From Anthoceros angustus (taxonomy: Eukaryota > Plantae > Anthocerotophyta), in assembly GCA_010909165.1 (NCBI GenBank), contig MU008161.1:2170001-2234000 (forward strand): 64,000 bases of DNA, in the 5' to 3' direction. A model generated the notes under the pieces. It worked only from the letters and a program-made list of their open reading frames with translations. It made no database searches and was not told the DNA's origin. Both the position numbers and the translations under genes were made by a program. Positions 25,822-37,483 of the stretch are shown here, piece after piece. Numbering within the stretch: position 1 is the stretch's first letter; the number at the start of each line of letters is the position of its first letter.

Positions 25822-27837
25822 ATGGTCGGAACCAGGAAGAACCGATCGACAGCGTCTGCACCAGCTTCTGTGCCCGACATTGAAGATATTGCGCTTTCCC
25901 ATGGCAAGGTGCCCAACTTCAGCAACCAAGAGGCAGGCAGCATCAAATCCAGCCTGCTGTCCTGGTACGACAGCAACCACCGAGTTCTGCCATGGCGGGA
26001 GAACCCCTTCTCCAGAAAAGCAGAACCTGGATGTTCCGACCGGGCATCGGAGGAGAAGAAGGCCTATGCTGTGTGGGTTTCCGAGATGATGCTGCAGCAA
26101 ACGAGGGTGGCGACTGTGGTGCAGTACTATCAGCGGTGGATGGAGAAGTGGCCAACTCTGCACCTGCTTGCTCGGGCCTCGCAGGAGGTTGTCGTCTCGG
26201 GATTTTTCTTGTGCTACAATCTGAGAGTCAAGGAATGCTGGGTTTTGCCTGCTGAGGGAACTGTTGCTGTGGGCAGATATTGGGTATTTTCTCCATGCTG
26301 GCTGAGGCGTCTTTGTTGGTTTCTGAGCAGGAGGTGAATAGCATGTGGGCGGGGCTGGGGTACTACAGGCGGGCTCGCTTTCTTCTTGAGGTGGTGTGGC
26401 CTTTCCTTGTCTCCCTCAGTGTCTGCAATTACTACGGCTCAGCAAGTGCAGCAGCTCATGCAGCATGTGATACCCAACCTTTAGGGCGCCCAACACATTG
26501 TGGACTCGCACGGTGGGACTTTTCCGACGTCACTGTCTGAGCTGCAGAAAATTCCAGGCGTTGGAAACTACACAGCTGGGGCCATTGCATCCATCGCGTT
26601 CAACCAGGTTGGTGGTACCTGAATGAATCCTCTTGTCCGCTGTTGTGCTAGGCATGTGTGTCGCTGACCCGAGGTTTTCGTCCTTGTGGTGACCAGCCGG
26701 TGCCTGTGGTGGATGGGAATGTTGTGCGGGTGCTTTGTAGGCTTCGAGCTATTTCTGCAAACCCAAAGGCGTCCACGTCTGTCAAGCTTTTCTGGTCTGC
26801 CAGCTCTTCCTGGGTGTTGCTTTGAGGCAGAGAGGGAAAGCAGTACTCTCTGACATACTGGCTGCCGATGCAGGGCACTGGCAGAGCAGCTGGTGGATGC
26901 CGACAGGCCTGGTGACCTGAACCAGTCCTTGATGGAGCTGGGAGCCACTCTCTGCTCATCCACATCCCCTTCTTGCTCCACCTGCCCAATTTCAAGCCAG
27001 TGCCACGCCCTGTCCTTGGCATCACAGCCCCAACCGAGTGCGGCCGTCACCGACTTTCCTACCAAGGTTGCCAAGCCCGTGCCCCGGAACGAGTATGTGG
27101 CAGTGTGCGTCATCGAGAGAAGGCCATCCTCTGCCCACGACGACTCCTCATTTCTGCTCGTCCGGAGGCCAGAGCAGGGGCTACTGGCCGGTCTGTGGGA
27201 GTTCCCTTCCGCCATGTTGGCCAAACCGGAGAAATCCTCACGGGCTCGCGTGGCTGCCATGGACCTGTACTTGAAAAACAAACTGGGTCTCAAGATTGGG
27301 GGCAAAGGCTACGCAGTGAGCGCCAGGCAGGAGATTGGAGAGAACGTCCACATCTTCTCGCACATCAAACTGCACATGTCCATCGAATGGCTCCAGCTAG
27401 GTGTGTATGTATGCTTATTTTATGCATGTGAGGCCTCCCTTCTCCGCAAGTTATTGCCGCAAAACCCATTACTCCATAGCAGCATCCCTAACGGCGAGCG
27501 TGTCGCCCTGGAACCTGCAGATGCATCCGACCTCCCACCAGAGGCCAAGGCAGGAGATGGCTCCAACCTGAAGTGGGTGCACGGCACCGAACTCCACGAC
27601 ACGGGCCTCACAACCGGCGTCAAGAAGGTGCGCAGACAAGAAATTCACTTCCCACAAACTCACAAACTCGCTTGCCACAATTTAGGGTTCGTTGCAATTA
27701 ACCCTCTCTCGTTTCACACCTGCTGCTGCCGCTGCCTGGTTCAGGTGTTTCAGCTGTTCTCGGAGTTCCGGCAGCGACAAAGCAAGCCCGCGAGTGTGAA
27801 GACTCCAAACAAGAAGAGGCCGAGACAACAACTGTGA
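25822..27837 (+). CDS. MUTYH: A/G-specific adenine DNA glycosylase MutY homolog, multi-exon
   Basis: [26 protein letters not shown], Hh[27 protein letters not shown], Fe-S loop [22 protein letters not shown]-like [10 protein letters not shown]. Confidence 0.93.
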
Positions 27838-28074
27838 TTCATGTAAGCCTGATTTGTTCTGCATGTCACAAGAGACAAAAGTAGGTAGGTAGAAACACGG
27901 GACGCCACCTTGCCTGCGGCAAAGCTCTGGGAACAACCCAACCCTGCAGGATCCTTCCCAAGGAGAATCCTCACTTCAATTCTCTCCCGTGTCGAAAATC
28001 CCTGCCCCCTGTTCCTGCCCAGCACGCCTAATCAAGTTCCTTAAAATGGTGACCTAAAATCAAAATGCCTACTT

Positions 28075-29214
28075 CTACGCTGTAACAGGTTGAAGCTTCG
28101 AAGCAAGCTGGTGGATAACAAAACCTTTGTCCTCGCCGACATCATCGTCCTCGGCCAACAGCGCATCACGGAAGCACTGCGCGGCCCAGGCGACATCCTG
28201 CAAGCCCACATGGTAATGCGTGACCATACGAACACAGTTATCGTCCGCGGGCATGCACAGCACCCCCCTTCCCCGAAGCTTCCTGCAAACCTCGGCCGCG
28301 CTCCGCCCCCCTACCACCTGCGCAATCACAATATTGCTCTCCACAGGCCCGAGCAGCCGCAGTCCCGCAACCTCCCCAGCGCCGCCCAGCCTCCAGGCGG
28401 TCCCATTATCCGCCGACCCGGCCCGCCATATCCGCAGCGCCACAATCCCCGCGGCCGCCAGCACCCCGACCTGCCGCATCCCGCCTCCCAGCGCCTTCCG
28501 CAGCCTCCTGGCGCGGGCGATGAAGTCCGCCGACCCCAGCAGCAGGCTCCCGGCGGGCGCGGCCAGCCTTGACAGACACACCGAGACGGAATCCGCCCCC
28601 GCACCAGCTCGGCCGGATCCACCCGCAGCCCGGCCGCGGCGTTCAGCAGCCTGGCCCCGTCGACGTGCAGCCTGGCCCCGTTCGCTCTCGCCACTTCCCC
28701 GACCCGGTCCGTGTACTCGCCGAGACGCATCTCCCCCGCACCGGCTATGCGTGTTCTCCAGGCACACCAGGCGGGCGACCGCGCGGAGGTAGAGATCCGG
28801 GCCCCGCCCTCCGGGCGCCGCCACCGCCTCCTCCACCGCCCGCAGGTCCAGGCTCCCGTCCGCGTTGTTGGGCAGGGGGCGGAAGTAGACGCCGCCCAGG
28901 AGGCAGGCCCCGCCCTGCGCGTCCAGGTAGACGTGGCTCTTATCGCCCACCACGGCCTCGGAGCCCCGGCCGTCGCAGTGCAGCAGCAGCGCCAGCAGGT
29001 TGGCCATGCTCCCCGAGCACACCAGGAGAGCCGCCTCCTTCCCCAGCATCCGCGCCCCCTGCTCCTGCAAAGCCCGCGCCGTGGGGTCCTCGCCCAGCAC
29101 GTCGTCGCCCACCTCCGCCGTCGCCATCGCCGCCCGCATCGCCGCCGTCGGCTTCGTCACGGTGTCCGAGCGCAGGTCCACCACCCGGGCCCCCGATGCC
29201 GCCTCCTCCGCCAT
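28075..29214 (-). CDS. THA: low-specificity L-threonine aldolase, intronless, with apparent frameshifts (errors or pseudogenisation)
   Basis: VDLRSDTVTKPT, GDDVLGEDPT, SGSMANL, CLENTH, alternative-frame EYTDRVGE..LHVDGARLLNA, RKALGGGMRQVGVLAAA. Confidence 0.8.
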   Translation of the reverse strand: MAEEAASGARVVDLRSDTVTKPTAAMRAAMATAEVGDDVLGEDPTARALQEQGARMLGKEAALLVCSGSMANLLALLLHCDGRGSEAVVGDKSHVYLDAQGGACLLGGVYFRPLPNNADGSLDLRAVEEAVAAPGGRGPDLYLRAVARLVCLENTHSRCGGDASRRVHGPGRGSGESERGQAARRRGQAAERRGRAAGGSGRAGAGADSVSVCLSRLAAPAGSLLLGSADFIARARRLRKALGGGMRQVGVLAAAGIVALRIWRAGSADNGTAWRLGGAGEVAGLRLLGPVESNIVIAQVVGGRSAAEVCRKLRGRGVLCMPADDNCVRMVTHYHVGLQDVAWAAQCFRDALLAEDDDVGEDKGFVIHQLASKLQPVTA

Positions 29215-29599
29215 CGCTGTTTCTGCGATGCCTGCAGGCGATGCTGCTGCAATTGCAGGTCCAGCTCGCGAGCCCGCGAGCCCGCGAGCTCGCCTCCAAC
29301 CGGAAAGGCAGGGCGCGGACTGTACAGCATGCATGCGACACCCGACGCGGACCCGTCACGCGAGTTTACATCTATCACGGCATGGACTGTTAACGCCGAC
29401 CAGAGTTCCCGCCAACTGTCTCGTCGCCCAACAAAGCAGCACCAACACCACCAACGAAACGGGCGTGACATTTCAACCTCAACCATTACCAACTTACTAT
29501 AACTTAAAACCTAATAACTACTAAATATTTGTAATTCAAAGTCTTGGCTCACTACTTGGGATCTGAAGAGTAAAGAGGGTGGATTGTCGTAAGTGATAT

Positions 29600-29797
29600 C
29601 AAGGAATTTGAGTGCCTAATCAATAGATAGATGCATTACGAGAGCTCATCCATTTGTTAAAGTTTATTGACACTCATAAACAAGGTATTCCTCTTACCAT
29701 CAAGGAATCAATATATAGATGTTGTAGTGCATTGCGAGAGCTCATCCATTTGTTAAAGTTTACTGACACTCATAAACAAGACATTCCTCTTACCATC
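29600..29797. repeat. ~96-bp direct tandem duplication
   Basis: gcatt.cgagagctcatccatttgttaaagttta...cctcttaccatc at 29633 and 29729. Confidence 0.8.
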
Positions 29798-31102
29798 TCT
29801 GGCCTTGTCTAGGTATTCTCAACAAGAATGTGGATGGATGAGACTCTCTCTCATATATGATTATAGCTTCCTTGCACTCATTTGGCGGAGCTCTTCAATC
29901 TTCACGAGGAACTCGATTGTCTGATCGTGTGGGCGCTCACAAAGCCATCTTTGCGCTCAAGTCCCTTTGGCTTTGGTGGCAGGATACGAGACACTTGTAA
30001 AGCTTGTTGTAGATGGCTTCAGCATGGGGGCTGCTACGTCCCTGCACACAGCAACCCGATATGTAGCTGGCAAGTATGAGGATCAGGGTTTCCATGGGAC
30101 CAGGTGAGGCCTCCCAGTCTGTTGTGCTAGCTAAATATGGAGCACGACATATGTTTTTTTCGTGAAATCATGGCTGATCAATATTAGAGACTAAAACTAT
30201 AAGCTCCTCGCTAAGGCCTACAACTTAAAGATCGAGATCCGCACCAAATTCAAGGATAATAAATGACTCATCATCCGCGAAGACTACGTGTTTTTTAAAG
30301 AGCGCACATCGACGGCAAATGCTTCTCCCCATCGAGGCTAAAAGCTTGGTGATGAGATCCCCGTCCACCAGCTGTTGCATATGAACTAGGGTTGTGGCTG
30401 AGAGCTCAACACTGATGTTATGACGATTGCACTTTTCATCCCATTGTGAGAGAGCTGGGTTGATCGCGACTGGGCACGATGGCAAACTGGTGGATCACAT
30501 CTAGCAGGGTGTTTGGGTGGTAGCATGGTTTGGTGGTACACTTTAGTACCATATGGCTTGGTACACTTGGTTACTTTGAAAAGGATAGAGAGATGTGAGA
30601 GGGTGACTTTAAGTTTTCATTAAAATAATATTTCAATATATGTTAGTTTCACTTTTATATACTTTTCGTTTGCTATTATTTACTTTAACTTACTTTTACT
30701 TTTACTTGGATCTGTTTTTATCCGGTGGTAAGTCAACCGCCGCTTACCCCAATTCGCCTTACGCTGGGTGCACTCTCGCTATTGCCATCGCGGCTCGATC
30801 TTTGAGTTGATCCTTCCCCGCCAGGGCTCGATGCAATCTCACACTTGCTCACCCACATCCGGCCCGTGATCGCACACTCCGCGGGCTCAAAAGTTCGCGT
30901 GTCGAGCTCTGGTTGTTGTAATCAACCCTTTGTCTTTGCATTGTGAGCTATGTGGGGCTTCTTATAGGAGCCCTCCCTTCCTCATGCGAGCGGGCTCCCC
31001 ACATGCAAGATCGAGCGCTGGAATCAGCAGTTTGTTTGTGCGATTTTGAAGGTAATGTGCCTTGTGTGTGGCAATCGGTGTTTTGACCACGAGGCTTGCT
31101 AC

Positions 31103-32430
31103 GCTCTTGTGTGCACATGTGCGGGATGCAGGGCATGAGATCTTTGTCGCGTGAGGTCTTGGCCTTGGAGTGGGTGCCGGCGGCTTCTCATTGTCTGTGG
31201 TGTCCTTTGAAGAACTTGAGCGGCTTAACGGTCTTGTGTGGACATGTGCATGCTCTAGGTGAGGTCTTTGGGCGTGTGAGGTGCTCGGTGGTGAGTGCGG
31301 CTCCTTTGATCATTCCGTGTGTTCAATGTCACGATGAAGGACTTGAGCCTTTGAGTAGTGCTCTTGTGTGCACATGTGCGGGATGCAGGGGGCTGAGATC
31401 TTGTGCGTGAGGTCTTGGCCTTGGAGTGGGTCGCGTGCGGCTTCTCATTGTGGTGTCAGAAGAACTTGAGCGGCCGCGGTCTTGTGTGGACATGTGCATG
31501 CTCTAGGGCTGTGGTCTTTGGGCGTGTGAGGTGCTCGATCATGCCGAGGTGCAGCTCCTTTGATCATTCCGTGTGTTCAATGTCACGATGAAGGACTTGA
31601 GCTGAGTAATGCTCTTGTGTGCACATGTCAGGATGCAGGGCTGAGATCTTGTGTGAGGTCTTGGCCTTGGAGTGGGTGCCGGCGTGCGGCTTCTCATTGT
31701 CTGTGGTGTCCTTTGAAGAACTTGGGCAACGGTCTTGTGTGGACATGTGCATGCTCTAGAAATTTGTGAGGTCTTTGGGCGTGTGAGGTGCTCGATCATG
31801 CGAGTGCGGCTCCTTTGATCATTCCGTGTGTTCAATGTCACGATGAAGGACTTGAGCTGAGTAGTGCTCTTGTGTGCACATGTCACGGGATCTGGGCATG
31901 AGATCTTTGTCGCGTGAGGTCTTGGCCTTGGAGTGGGTGCCGACGTGCGGCTTCGGCTTCTCATTGTCTGTGGTGTCACCGAAGAACTTGAGCCGGCTTA
32001 ACGGTCTTGTGTGGACATGTGCATGCTCTAGGCCGTGAGGTCTTTGGGCGTGTGAGGGTGCTCTGCATGCCGAGGTGCAGCTCCTTTGATCATTCCGTGT
32101 GTTCAATGTCAGTGAAGGACTTGAGCACGAGTAATGCTCTTGTGTGCACATGTGCGATCTGGGCCGTGAGATCTCAGGCGCATGAGGGTCTTGGCCTTGG
32201 AGTGGGTGCCGGCGTGCGGCTTCTCATTGTCTGTGGTGTCGAAGAACTTGAGCCGCTTAACGGTCTTGTGTGGACATGTGCATGCTCTAGGGGCAGAGGT
32301 CTTTGGGCGTGTGAGGGTGCTCGATCTAGTGCCGGTGCGGCTCCTTTGATCATTCCGTGTGTTCAATGTCACAGTGAAGGACTTGAGCCTGAGTAATGCT
32401 CTTGTGTGCACATGTGCAGGATCTGGGGCT
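31103..32430. repeat. satellite of ~255-270 bp units, ~5 copies
   Basis: tgtgcacatg anchor recurs at about 31110, 31367, 31617, 31872, 32143, 32405. Confidence 0.9.
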
Positions 32431-32989
32431 GTGAAACTTGCATCACCAAACTTGAGCCCCAAAGTTGGAGTGTGTTGCAGAAGAAACCGGGGCTTGTGGA
32501 CAAATCGATAAGGACCCTACGTGATCTCCATTGTGCGCCTTGACCCAGCCCCAAGTGGCAAGTAAGTCAACTTCTTTGTGTGCCAATCTGTGATACTTGG
32601 GAAACAAGGCAAGCCAGGAAGTGGTGAGACCAAAACCGCTGACCAGGAAGACAGATATTCTGTGAATGACATAGCTATCGCGCCCCCACCTGATTTACCA
32701 TGCTCAACAAAGAAGGTCCGCCACTAGGGCCTATGAGGCGTCAAGGCCTTGAACATCATCCAAGGTCTATGATGTCAAACTCCCCACATCAAACCCTGCG
32801 CATAGGCTAATCGCTGCAAAAATGGTCTCTCCTATCTAGGTACCGGCCTGCTTCTCACAACGACCCGGTCCACTATTCCCACTGACAAAAAATTGAGACT
32901 GCAACTCCAAACGACGCCATGAGCCACAATTTCTTGCAGTTTTCTTATTTTGAGATAGTCCAAAAACAAGTGCACAGGACCGAGCTCGT

Positions 32990-33470
32990 TTTCGTTTGCA
33001 TCGCGAAAGGCGCTTGGGTTCTTTTTTTGCGGAGATAAAATGATGTTTCTTACCATTAAAGATCCAATTGATCATAGTTTTTTTCTTGTGGAGATAATTT
33101 TCTTTATCCATTTGAGTATTTTTCTCAAACAAAGTCTTTGTTTTTTGCGGAAATAATTCATCGATTGAAGGGAGATTTTTTTCCGGAAAGATAATTCGTC
33201 AATCTGAGTTTGATTTGCATTTTTGCATAGAGATAATTCATCGTTATGAGTTTTTCTTTTACCGAGAGAAAATTATGTTTCATACCATTTTGTTTTTGAA
33301 AAGATATGATTTCATCTCAAACTCACCAAAATTTATGCTCTTAGCGGGAACCATAGGACCAGCGTTAATTGAAAAAATGATCTTAACACGTAAAAAAAAT
33401 GATTTATCGATCTGAGTTTTTTTTGGGTAGATAATTCATTGATCCATTGATCGATTTGAGTTTTCATACA
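32990..33470. repeat. degenerate AT-rich repeats (gagataattcatcgat..gagttttt), possibly TE subterminal
   Basis: About 6 imperfect copies of the word. Confidence 0.35.
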
Positions 33471-33519
33471 TACAGTAGTTTTCTCTTTGTGAAGAAGAAT
33501 ATATGTTTTATTAAGGGAA

Positions 33520-33900
33520 AAAACGATGGGGAAAAACCCGTCCAACAGGGGACAACGAAGGTGGACCTTGGGGGTCAAGGTGAAAAGGAGCAACTAAGCT
33601 TCTTACCTAAAGTTACCTGCTGCTCCTAGAACATCATATGAAGGTTCGAAGAACAAATGGCCTGCAAACTATGGAGGTAGAGGAAGAGAAAGAAGCATCA
33701 CCTGTCGTCGCCGCCTTGTGAAGGATTGCTGTCGAGAGGGCCCTTTGAAGGGCAATGGAGACTCGCTGTCTGAAGCAAGCTGTGAAAGAAGAAAGGGACA
33801 ACCCCACGCCATGCCTGCGGGCGTGGTAGGGAGGAAGATGTCTTGACGAATGTCTCAATGTCTTGATGGATGAGGTGGTTGGGAGGGAGATAAGAAGGGG
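33520..33900 (-). mobile_element. 3' end of CRE/R2-like non-LTR element (REL domain tail plus 3' UTR)
   Basis: ACFRQRVSIALQRALSTAIL tail motif; 3' end ggacgggtttttccccatcgtttttt resembles 60575-60600. Confidence 0.5.
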
Positions 33901-33959
33901 GAAAGGGGATTGCGGAGTTGGCCGAGCTGGAGGCCTAAGGGGTGCAAAGTCAAGTCGTT

Positions 33960-34745
33960 TAAGCTAAGCAGCTACTTGGGAAAGCCAAAAAAAAGAAGCT
34001 TGGAAATCACTATAGAGCCAAAGGGAGTGGAAAGACCTGTAGGAAAGGAGATGGTAGGGGCGGAGGGTGGAGGCGGGGGGGTAAAGGTTAACAATGTCAA
34101 GGAGGAGGAGGCGGTAAAGGAGACAAGAGAGGCGAATGATGCCATCAAGTTCAAGGGGAAACGCAGCAAATTCAGAAAGGAGGATAGGTAATGGGGTCGA
34201 ACGCTTACAAGCAATGTGAGCATGGAGAAAGAAGAGCTTGTATTTTTTCCACCTTAGCCCAAGAGGAAGAGGAAAGACCCGGGCCCCAAACCTCAGCTCC
34301 ATGCATAGTGGAGGGTATGACCAATGTGTTGAAAAGCTGCTTCAAGAGGTTGATATTCTGAATATTCATCTTGTATAAAGCCCGGCGCAGAGCACCAGCA
34401 GCACCCATCCCCTTGGTGGCGCAGGAAGAGGTAGAAAATGAACAATTGGACTTCGGACCAAAAATCGTAACACCTAGGTACGTATAGGAGCGGACCATCT
34501 CCACCTTTTGACCATCATAATAGGATACGCAATCACCCTTGTAATCCTTAGAGTTGAATCGTATCATCTTGGTCTTGATCTTAGATTAACAGTGAGACCA
34601 TTCGCTCTGCCAAAACGAGAAAGCACGTCGAGTTGCTGCTGTAAGCCTTCCGGGGAATGCGAAAAAAGCACTGTATCATCTGCATAAAAAAGGATAGGGA
34701 TACTGTCGAGGAACAAGCGAGCGTCAGGATCACTAAATGATAGAA
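33960..34745 (-). mobile_element. 5'-truncated LINE reverse transcriptase fragment
   Basis: YADD at 34675-34686 (LFYADDTVLFSHSPEGLQQQLD), SYTYLGV, LFNTLVIP..HGAEVWG, PILLSEF..PLE; frameshifted. Confidence 0.75.
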
Positions 34746-35001
34746 GCTGGAGAGGTACATGAGCTCATTTAAACTTTTGCATCAATTTGAGTTTTTTTCG
34801 CAAAGATAAAATTATATTTGAAAGAACATATTTATATTTGAAAGAACGCCAACCATCCATGAAAGTTCTTAGGATCTATGTCTCATTGATATGAGTTGCT
34901 GAGTCTCACGATCATCTCACTCACTAGCCAATTAGCATCCATAAAATAGTCCAAGTTCTTAACTCACTGGCCAATTAGCATCCATAAAATAGTCCAAGTT
35001 C

Positions 35002-35355
35002 TTAGGGTTCGCTGTTTGGTTGATCTAAGTGTAAGATGCGTTGCAAGCTCCTAAACCGTGATGCAAGTTGCGTCGTCTCATAAGACGAGCTTTGAGAAGC
35101 AGAACCATATGTGGATGGGTCGAATGGCGGTTCTTGCCATTGACTCCGGGGAACTCTATTTCTCTTTGGATATCTTGGTGGATCCAAATGTCCTCTACAA
35201 AGAGGGCATGATGGACTCTCACCTAGGTTAGCCCATTGGATAATACATGCTTTATGGAAAGTATGTTTACATGTTTCCAGGTGAATAATTTGTTTGTTAT
35301 TTTTTAAGGCTGAAAGACAGATGATGCACCTCTCTTCATACTTCTCCTCTTCCAT
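35002..35355 (-). CDS. small RING-H2 zinc finger protein (117 aa, single exon)
   Basis: CIIC-x-CKHTFHKAC-x-CPLC = C3H2C3 pattern intact; TATAAAAG about 110 bp upstream. Confidence 0.7.
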   Translation of the reverse strand: MEEEKYEERCIICLSALKNNKQIIHLETCKHTFHKACIIQWANLGESPSCPLCRGHLDPPRYPKRNRVPRSQWQEPPFDPSTYGSASQSSSYETTQLASRFRSLQRILHLDQPNSEP

Positions 35356-35380
35356 AGGTCTCCACCTTGTCGTGATCTTT

Positions 35381-35868
35381 ATTTACAGTGCCTTGGTTAT
35401 GGTATACTAGAAATATGAGTTTATCTCATCTCTCGTATTCATAGAACATGCGTCCTAAGTCCTCTTTTATAGTACTTGATGAGGGTTCTAACTAGGAGAT
35501 TTACAGTGTCTTGGTTATGATATATTAGAAACATGAGTTTATCTTATCTCTCATATTCATAGAACATGCGTACCAATTCCTCTTTTATAGTAGTTGATGA
35601 AGGTTCTAACTAGGAGTTACTAGTTAAGGTTACATGTTTTAATTAGGAAGTTGCTACTTTTTAATTTGGAAGGTGTAGACTCTAAAAATGAGGAAGGATC
35701 TCAAACTTCCAATATAGTTTGCTTCCACAAAAAACCATATTACTACAAATGAGGAGGGATGTCAAACTTTCAATATAATTTGATTCCACAAAAAAGCTTA
35801 TTATTACAAATGAGGAAAGGTGTCAAATTCCAATATAGTTTGCTTCCACAAAATAACCGTTTTACTAC
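35381..35868. repeat. 2 x 118-bp duplication (each with a minus-strand TATAAAAG) plus 3 x 61-bp repeats upstream of the RING ORF
   Basis: atttacagtg anchors at 35381 and 35499; aaatgagga anchors at 35686, 35747, 35808. Confidence 0.75.
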
Positions 35869-37483
35869 AGTAACGATAAATCATAAGCACTAATTTTATT
35901 TCGCATCACCTATTTTACACTCAATTTCCCTCATTTGACACCATTTGCTTTCTCACTAAGTGTCAAGTGAGACCATTATGCACAAGCCTTCTTTCAATAT
36001 TAACTGTACAATCATGACACCTACTTGCATACTAAAATGTTAAGTGTTATATATATCCGCTAACATACAAAGTTCAAACACAATGCATATTCCACATCAA
36101 AATCTTTCCACCAACGTTTAAGACTAATAAGTTCCAGCACATATAATGGTAGTGATGATGGACTAATAAACTCCAACAAGTGTAATGGTTATCATCATAT
36201 TTGGGTTGAGAAAGCAACATTTGTTTAGAGAATTCCAAGAACTTTGAATTAAATTAGAAAATTGAAATTACAAACAGGTCCCGAGCTTGGAAGGAAAACA
36301 AAGAGAAAACAATATGATCTCCCTTGAGAGAGAGACGACCTTGCATTAACACGCACAATGTCTTTAAAGGAAGATTCCTCCAAACATAAATGGATAGAGA
36401 TGTTATAAGTATGGCCCTTTTTGGGTTGTTCCTCCTCGAACTTCAGGGGTAGATGGGATTTCCCATCTCGCCTATTAATAACGTCTACTCCACTTCTGAG
36501 TATGGCTATTTCTATAGGCATTCTATTAAGAAAAAGGACAGTGAAGTTTTCAAGAAATAGTGATATTGTTGCTACTATAACATCTAGCTATGAGACGGAG
36601 AGATATAGAGTCACCTTCCTGGTCTTATCAATTTTTGCATGCGTATCACCCCTAGCCATATTGTACCACTGAGTTAGAAATGTGATTGCTCTCGAGATTC
36701 ACACGTCCTTCATACAACCCTAACCAATGGTTAGTATTACTAAAAAAACATAGAAAAGGGTCCATATTCAAACATGGTGATAATATCCGAGATCCATATT
36801 TGCGCAAGAGTGGCCACGGAGCCCGCAACATTGTGAAAGTGCAAGTACGGAGCCCCACGAAGGACAAAGGTAGTGGCAATGTAGTGAACCCACCGAGAAA
36901 CCCAAATGTCAAATGGAGGTCTGTGAAGTCGGTACTAGCAACAGCAGCTGACGGCAGATGCCACGAGAAGGCCAAACGGCCAGCCATCAGCAGGCTATGT
37001 GTGAGCAGCCGAGTGGGCAGCAGCTGGAAAGAATCCTATCTCAGCCTGTGAGGTCATGTACCTGGGCGGGCAGGATGTGGATGCTGTGCAAAGGGACGGC
37101 ACTCTCCCTCGCTGCTTTCTCCTCTCTGCACCTCTCATCCAGCACTGGCAACAAGGAAAGAAACAAAAGCAGGCCCCGCCGTGGCTTCGTTTGCTACGGA
37201 GTGTTGTCCACCCCACACAGCACCGGCAACGGCCGCGGCCACCCACAAACCCACAAACCCACAAACCAGAAACGAAACCTGAGTGGAAGAGTCGGTTCTG
37301 ACGTCAGGGAGTGGGCAGTGGGCTATATTATACAGGCAGTATACAGGTGGACGGGACTGTCAGGACCTCCCAAGCTTCCGTCATGGTACGTCATGTCTAT
37401 CTATGTCGGCATCGGATGTTGAATGGGCGTCAAATGTGATCTCAGATCCCTTATCCTCTAGTCAGATCCGCCTATGTGGTCTA

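Noticed and set aside
25731-27893. GTAGGTAGGTAG on both sides of MUTYH, as if a target-site duplication
   Set aside because: Simple (GTAG)3 microsatellite; the gene has normal introns and no TIRs
29900-30480. Possible Gypsy integrase remnant (GAHKAIFALKSLWLWWQ)
   Set aside because: Resemblance too weak and no second motif found
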